NCBI GenBank assembly: GCA_963727895.1
Contig: CAVSHT010000014.1
Span: 32,001-96,000 of the forward strand
Reading direction: 5' to 3'
Source: an uncultured Methanosarcinaceae archaeon
Lineage (GTDB): Archaea > Halobacteriota > Methanosarcinia > Methanosarcinales > Methanosarcinaceae
DNA length: 64,000 nucleotides
The notes below the pieces were generated by a model that was given only the letters and a program-made list of their open reading frames with translations, had not been told where the DNA came from and searched no databases. This document shows positions 58,405 through 64,000 of this stretch, one piece after another. A program made the translations under genes and the position numbers. The stretch's first letter is position 1. Each line of letters opens with the position of its first letter.

Positions 58405-59883
58405 TTAATACTTTGGAATTTCTGAACTTGAGTCAGCTGAGGATGTTTCACCTTTGTTTTTTTTAGCTTCCTGTTTTCGCCTATGGTATAGGTAGACCCC
58501 CGCACCTATAATTACTATTCCCAAAATATATAGCAGATTTGAACTGAAACCACTGCTTCTGTTACCTCGTGTTCCTGACCTGCTTCCAGTGCCAAACTCT
58601 GTAGATGCAGACGTCTGGATTATTACATCTTTGTCAACTGTTATTCTTTCTCCTTTTGCATCTGTATATTCAATCTGAACTTTTAATGGATTTGAGTTCA
58701 TTGAAGATGAACTTGAATTATCTCCTGTTGCATATCTGTTATTTGCGGCATCGGGTAATGTTCCTGAATTGTCATCTCCAACCCGTGTATTTGTGAGATT
58801 AAAAGAAGCTATTGTATAGTCCCCTTTCTCCAGATTCCCAACAATCGTTGAAGGACTTCCTGACACCTTGTATCCATCTTGATTCGGTATAGAGACTTTC
58901 ACAGCATATGCTATGTTATTACCCACATTTGCTACTGAGAGAGAAGTCTCTCCTGCGCTACTTTCTGAAAAAGAAACATCAAAATCCGTTGCTCCTCCTA
59001 CAAAAAGTCCTGCTGTTGTCTTAATGCTTTTTGCGCTTGAGTCCAAATTTTCATACGAAAGGTTCACATCTAAAGTGTAAAGTCCTGGAGTAGCACTTAC
59101 GTCTGCCATTACAGTATAATCGACTTTTACAGATTGACCTGCAGCCAGATACTTGATATATTTTGTGTTATCTGAATATACAGGCAAAATAACTCCTTTC
59201 GGATCAGTCCAGGAGAAAACCAGGTTTTTCAAAGGAGAAGTTCCGGTATTTGTAACAATAAACTCTAAAGGTTCTTCCTTTGCTATATCAATATCAGCCT
59301 TGCTTACAGTCACAACCTGAGCGTATTCTTTACCCTGAACCTGAATCTGAATTGTTTTTGTAGTAGTGTAAGTAGTTGCTGAAGATCCTGATCTGCTTTT
59401 ATAAGTAGTAACGATGTCAAGATCATAAGTGCCTTCTGAGGCGTTAGAATCAGTCATAAGTTTGAACTTCAGAACCCCAGCATTATCATTCTTCTGTCTT
59501 GCATTTAGATACGCGATACTCTTTTGAAGATCTTCTCCGGAAAGTTTGCTGAAAGGATATTCAGGATTGAGTGTAACTTGTGTGTCTTTCAGGTCAGTGT
59601 TTCCGATGTCCTGCACGCTGAGAGTAAGTTCGACAGGTTCCCCAGGCCTGGCATTGTCAGGGTTTTGATTAGTCACACTCACTTGCACATCTGCAGAATT
59701 TATATTCCCATTTGATGCACTGATTGTTGTTCCAGATACAGCCGTATTGAGGTTTTGATTAATTAGATTTGCCTGCACAGATGAAGAATTCAAACCATTT
59801 AATTCACCTAGTGCTGTACCCGCCTCTAAGCATATGACTATTGAAAACAACAGCAAAAATGTTAATAAAGATAACTTTCTCAT
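58405..59883 (-). CDS. COG1361-type surface protein of the ABC operon
   Basis: Signal peptide, QNPDNARPGE, NTG/NVG beta-sandwich repeats, C-terminal membrane helix. Confidence 0.8.
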   Translation of the reverse strand: MRKLSLLTFLLLFSIVICLEAGTALGELNGLNSSSVQANLINQNLNTAVSGTTISASNGNINSADVQVSVTNQNPDNARPGEPVELTLSVQDIGNTDLKDTQVTLNPEYPFSKLSGEDLQKSIAYLNARQKNDNAGVLKFKLMTDSNASEGTYDLDIVTTYKSRSGSSATTYTTTKTIQIQVQGKEYAQVVTVSKADIDIAKEEPLEFIVTNTGTSPLKNLVFSWTDPKGVILPVYSDNTKYIKYLAAGQSVKVDYTVMADVSATPGLYTLDVNLSYENLDSSAKSIKTTAGLFVGGATDFDVSFSESSAGETSLSVANVGNNIAYAVKVSIPNQDGYKVSGSPSTIVGNLEKGDYTIASFNLTNTRVGDDNSGTLPDAANNRYATGDNSSSSSMNSNPLKVQIEYTDAKGERITVDKDVIIQTSASTEFGTGSRSGTRGNRSSGFSSNLLYILGIVIIGAGVYLYHRRKQEAKKNKGETSSADSSSEIPKY

Positions 59884-60806
59884 TTTAATTCCTCAGATTC
59901 AATTTTCGTTCGTTTTTCTATTTTTTCGATCTCACCATCCCTAATGTACACAACTCTTGTAGCGTATTTTATGATATCCAGATCATGAGTCACAATAATG
60001 ATTGTCTTTCCTTCTCTTTCATTCAGCTCGTTTAAAAAATCTAAAATATAGTTTCCAGTCTTTGTGTCGAGGTTTCCTGTAGGTTCATCTGCCAGAATAA
60101 TGGGTGGATTTACAGCAAGAGAACGAGCTATTGCAATTCTCTGTCTCTGTCCCCCTGAGAGTTGAGACGGAAGATTCTCTTTTTTTTTTGACAGTCCCAC
60201 AATTTCAAGTAGATATAAAGCTTTTTGTTGAGCTAATTGTCGATTTTCTTCCTGAAATTCCATAGGTAGAAGCACATTTTCATAGGTGTTCAAGGTTGGA
60301 ATAAGGTTAAAACTCTGGAAAATGAATCCTATCATCTGTCCTCTGATTTTAGCAAGCTCAGATTCATTAAGCTCTGAAATGTCCTTTGAATTAAGGCAAA
60401 CAGTACCGCTTGAAGGCAAATCTAGGCAGCCCAGAAGGTTCATAAGCGTACTTTTTCCGCTTCCGCTTGGTCCAAGAACAACAAGAAACTCCCCTTCGTA
60501 GATTTCCAGGTTTATTCCTTTAAGAGCTGCAAACTCAACCTCTCCCATCTGGTAAATTTTCCAGACATCTGTCAGTTTGATAAGAGGCTCGTCTTTGTTT
60601 TTGGAAATCTTTAACACATTAGAGCTTTCAGTAAAATTATTTCCAGAATTGATATATGGATTATTTTTTAGATCCTCTTCTGAATCATTTCCCTCTGAAC
60701 CATTCTCTGATTCATCGTAGAAATTCGCCTTTTTTTCGAATGAATCTATAAATTTTGAGGGATTCATTTTTGTATTAAATAAATCAATTATTTCCCCAAG
60801 TGTCAT
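59880..60806 (-). CDS. ABC transporter ATPase (LolD/MacB type)
   Basis: [29 protein letters not shown]. Confidence 0.95.
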   Translation of the reverse strand: MTLGEIIDLFNTKMNPSKFIDSFEKKANFYDESENGSEGNDSEEDLKNNPYINSGNNFTESSNVLKISKNKDEPLIKLTDVWKIYQMGEVEFAALKGINLEIYEGEFLVVLGPSGSGKSTLMNLLGCLDLPSSGTVCLNSKDISELNESELAKIRGQMIGFIFQSFNLIPTLNTYENVLLPMEFQEENRQLAQQKALYLLEIVGLSKKKENLPSQLSGGQRQRIAIARSLAVNPPIILADEPTGNLDTKTGNYILDFLNELNEREGKTIIIVTHDLDIIKYATRVVYIRDGEIEKIEKRTKIESEELK

Positions 60807-61306
60807 ATATACCCCCTAAAAAGCTATCCGTTTCTGAACTGAACCTTTCTTTGTGGGGCTGATCAAAAAGAATAAGGCTTAGTTTATTCTACTCTTTTCA
60901 ATTTGTCTATCAATTTTTCATCGATGTACAAGCTTAAGCATCTTTTTGATTTATATTAATCAATTCCTTCTGGACATACTGCTCTCATAACCATCGGCGA
61001 AACGTTCTTTATTGAACTTTGTCAGTGGACAAAAATAATCCTCAAGCTTGCAATGCGCTTCATCCTGATGGGAATATTCGATTTCTCCGTTGATTGACTT
61101 TACTACCTTCTTCCCAAGACCCTGTGCGGATTCTTTAGATTTCTCAAGTGCAGAGGATCTTTCCCTATCACCACACCAATACCCAAGTAATGGTAATGCC
61201 AAGACTCATTAACTGATTAATAATTTTATTACTGTGTATGTATTATAAATAGTATGCCATTCAACTAATTTTCTCAAAGAACTTGAAGTATTCTGAATTG
61301 CCATGA

Positions 61307-61771
61307 GTGAAAATAATGAATGAAGAAGAAACACCTATCCAGTGGATTGAGGATATTGACAAAGTCGCTGCACTTGTCTCATTTACATATCGCTCTGTCC
61401 AGAAGCATTTTGTGAAAGAACTGGTTCCATACCATATAGGATGGGGCCATTTCTCTATCTTGATGTCTCTGTATCATCAGGAAGGTCAGAGTCAGGATGA
61501 CCTTGCACGGTCGAGAGGGTTTGATAAAACGATGATTGCAAAATCTATTCTAAAAATGAAAAAAGAAGGCATTGTCTACCGTATAATAGACCCAGAAGAC
61601 AAAAGAATCAAAAGGCTCTACCTTACTGAAAAAGGAAAAAAAATGAAGCCTGAAATGCGAAAAATAGGTTCCGAGCTGAATTCACTTTTGCTCAAGGATT
61701 TTGAATCAGATGAACTACAATCTGTTATTGGGATAATTCGAAAGATTGCTTTGAATGCAGCTAAGCTCTAA
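61307..61771 (+). CDS. MarR-family regulator
   Basis: SQDDLA...DKT...DPEDKRIKRLYLTEKG. Confidence 0.9.
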   Translation: MKIMNEEETPIQWIEDIDKVAALVSFTYRSVQKHFVKELVPYHIGWGHFSILMSLYHQEGQSQDDLARSRGFDKTMIAKSILKMKKEGIVYRIIDPEDKRIKRLYLTEKGKKMKPEMRKIGSELNSLLLKDFESDELQSVIGIIRKIALNAAKL

Positions 61772-62186
61772 AAAGGGCTCCGTTGCAAAAATCCTAAAAT
61801 TTGAGTAAAACTTGAGTTTCACAGCATAAAACATGGAAAAGAAAAATATTTTTCAGATAACATTCAGATTTAGGCAGCTATTCCAAATGTTTTATCCTAA
61901 AATTAGTTAGTCTCATAATTTTTACTGTGTTTCAAATACGAACCTTTTTTGACAAACAACGTTCGGATATTTACTCATTTGGACGTAGTTTTCCAAGCTA
62001 ATTATTTATATAAAATTTAAAATACGAACTTTTTAGGTAAATGTTCATATATTTAAAATCACGATACATGACTAGAATCTTTTGATTTTGATTCCATTGA
62101 AGTAGATTTTTTAATTATACCTCTTTCCTATAAAATAAGTTCTCTGATCGTTAGTAATATTCCTTTTCGATGGTAGGATAACCAAC

Positions 62187-62392
62187 TGTACATTATCTGT
62201 ACATAGCTGTACACAGTCTGTATGTACAGAAGTGCCTGTACAAAACAGGAAAAATTATGTACTGTGTACAGCAGATAGACTGTACATGCCTGATGAGCTA
62301 ACGGAAAAAAGTAAGAGAATAAACGTCAGAATCCCGATTGAATTGTACAGTCGGGTTGTACAGTCTTACGGAATTACTGAAGCAGTTGTACA
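62187..62392. repeat. Ten TGTACA palindromes upstream of and inside the RHH gene
   Basis: At 62187, 62198, 62208, 62223, 62237, 62265, 62281, 62344, 62357, 62387. Confidence 0.9.
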
Positions 62393-62750
62393 GGGATTAG
62401 AGATACTTATAAACGGGGCGGGCCCACAAACACAAGATAACTCAAATGATGAGCTTGTAATAAGTTTGAAGGATAGGATAGAGAGTTTGGAGAACCAATT
62501 AAAAGTAAAAGATTCTCAATTAGAGAGTATTGATTCTCGAATGGGTGACAGAATAAGAAACTTAGAGGAACAATTGAGAGCAAAGGATTCTCAACTTGAG
62601 AAACAGGCATATTCTTTGCAGTCTGTTATTCAGGAAAATAGCAGGCTCAACCTCAAGTTATTACCAGAATCACAAGAAACGAAGAGCACACAAGAAACGA
62701 AGTTGACCCGATGGCAACATTTGAAGAGCTTTATGTTTGGGTCACAATGA
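62286..62750 (+). CDS. RHH + coiled coil + amphipathic-tail protein (intact)
   Basis: KRINVRIPIELYSRV...ITEAVVQGLEILI; LKDRIESLENQLKVKDSQLE heptads; RWQHLKSFMFG tail. Confidence 0.75.
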   Translation: MPDELTEKSKRINVRIPIELYSRVVQSYGITEAVVQGLEILINGAGPQTQDNSNDELVISLKDRIESLENQLKVKDSQLESIDSRMGDRIRNLEEQLRAKDSQLEKQAYSLQSVIQENSRLNLKLLPESQETKSTQETKLTRWQHLKSFMFGSQ

Positions 62751-62756
62751 TAAATT

Positions 62757-62864
62757 AAAGTAGAAACGCTTAATGTAGTAGCCCGTTACTTCAAGAATGT
62801 AGAGGTCCAGAAAATTGAAGCACCCGGCGAAAAGAAATCCTTTTTATCCAGGCTGAAATTTTGA
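62757..62864 (+). pseudogene. C-terminal remnant of a fourth family member
   Basis: VETLNVVARYFKNVEVQKIEAPGEKKSFLSRLKF matches the C-terminus of 39936-40430. Confidence 0.7.
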
Positions 62865-62884
62865 TAGATAAAAAGTAAGAAGGC

Positions 62885-63199
62885 TCATATTTGAGCCATG
62901 TAAATATCATAATTTCCGTTCCGATTATCTTGATACACTACTTTATTGCTATACATTGCAGGATTTTCAACATAATCAAATGGTAATTCAATATTCTTCT
63001 TAGCTTTAAAATCATAGAGATAGGTATGTATCCCAGTAAACATATCATTATACATTATCCGATTACCATATATTGAAAGACACCACGATATTCCATCAGC
63101 TATCTCAGTTGTCTTTTTTGTAGAAATACCATAAATCATAATCCGACTCAAATATGCTCCTTTTATAAAAAAAGGTAGAGACTCTGTGAAGGGAATTAA
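62885..63199 (-). pseudogene. Cell-surface beta-propeller repeat fragment
   Basis: IYGNRIMY, PAMYSNKVVYQDNRNGNYDIYM. Confidence 0.7.
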
Positions 63200-63396
63200 T
63201 TGCATAGAGGTTCAAACTTTGCCTAGATCTGAAAGGACGCTGACTTACTGATGGTGTTTTCTTGTGTGAACGGAAACAAACCTATGAAGGTAAGATGCTC
63301 AACGACACCGATAGGTAAGAGGCTTACCGACAATTTGTTAGTGGGCTGTTAGCCAGGATCACAAAATCAGTTATGCATAATAACTGGTGCCTGATG
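63200..63396 (+). mobile_element. Possible group II intron 5' remnant (start of domain I)
   Basis: Higher-GC non-coding segment starting TTGCATAGAGGTTCAAAC, cut by an IS6-type end; assignment rests on recalled resemblance only. Confidence 0.45.
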
Positions 63397-63545
63397 GGTT
63401 CCGTTGCAAAAATTTTCTTCTCACACTTTAAAGTATAATTGTACCTTTATTGTACTATTTTTTCAGGTGAGCGTGATGATTAACTTTTCTAATTGTGAAG
63501 GTTTTCACTTGTTTTGTGAAATAATCAGTTTCTTGTAACAGAATC
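63397..63545. mobile_element. 149-bp IS6-type MITE
   Basis: GGTTCCGTTGCAAAAA...TTGTAACAGAATC; similar to 34048-34196. Confidence 0.7.
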
Positions 63546-63764
63546 ATTCTTTCCAATCCATACAAAACAGCAAAAAGCCAAAATTTTCTCAACATAACCT
63601 AAAAGGATATTAATCAGATGGAGAAAGCCAAGCTCAAAGATGCTTTTTTATATTTGTTTGAGATATATAATAAAATTTATTCCACCTAGACTTTCACAGT
63701 TGAACTAAGAAAGAGTAGCATGATGCTTTAAACTATAGAAATGTAACATAGATGAGGTCATTTA

Positions 63765-64000
63765 ATGATAGGCGTAGAGGAACTTATACCGATTTTCGCA
63801 ATAATTGTACTCCTTTTTGGGGCAAACAAACTTCCGGAGTTGGCTCGTTCCATGGGAAGTTCGATGGGAGAATTTAAAAAAGCCCAGAGGGAATCTGAAC
63901 TAAATTTTAGACAATTTGAGAAATCCATAAATGAACCCATAGCTTCAAAGAGCAAGATACAGGAGACCGCTGAAAAGCTTGGAATTGACGTCGAGAACAA
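63765..64000 (+). CDS. tatA: Twin-arginine translocase TatA/E, runs off the right edge
   Basis: By hand: MIGVEELIPIFAIIVLLFGANKLPELARSMGSSMGEFKKA; GAGGT upstream. Confidence 0.9.
   Translation, partial: MIGVEELIPIFAIIVLLFGANKLPELARSMGSSMGEFKKAQRESELNFRQFEKSINEPIASKSKIQETAEKLGIDVEN

Noticed and set aside
60960..61202. 80-aa ORF
   Set aside because: Probable gene fragment with no recognisable family.
63758..64000. Minus-strand 80-aa ORF
   Set aside because: Shadow of tatA on the plus strand.
1..64000. Borg-type element
   Set aside because: Tandem repeats are present, but gene orientation is mixed, and terminal repeats or linearity cannot be seen in this window.

Overview
AT-rich archaeal DNA, most likely from Methanosarcina (inferred from MC1, a two-domain DUF1608 S-layer protein, PGF-pre-PGF/PGF-CTERM proteins and DUF1699). 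It reads like a decaying accessory region or large plasmid/secondary replicon. Housekeeping-type genes (RPA plus RPA-associated protein, DinB, MC1, Cdc6/Orc1, S-layer, GadB, TatA) sit among many pseudogenes and dense mobile DNA: IS6, IS1, IS4 and an IS481-like element, several MITE families, group II intron remnants, integrase remnants and a HEPN-MNT toxin-antitoxin pair. The most striking unexplained signals are: (i) three ribbon-helix-helix/coiled-coil/amphipathic-tail genes of shared architecture, each embedded in an array of its own short DNA motif (TGTACA, TGCCC, GTATTA), a candidate single-protein partition or tethering system; (ii) six perfect 74-bp repeats upstream of cdc6, a candidate origin; (iii) at least five sites with Tn3/gamma-delta res-like geometry, mostly beside IS6 ends. 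No CRISPR array, tRNA or rRNA was seen. All family calls come from motif recognition by eye; no searches were run.
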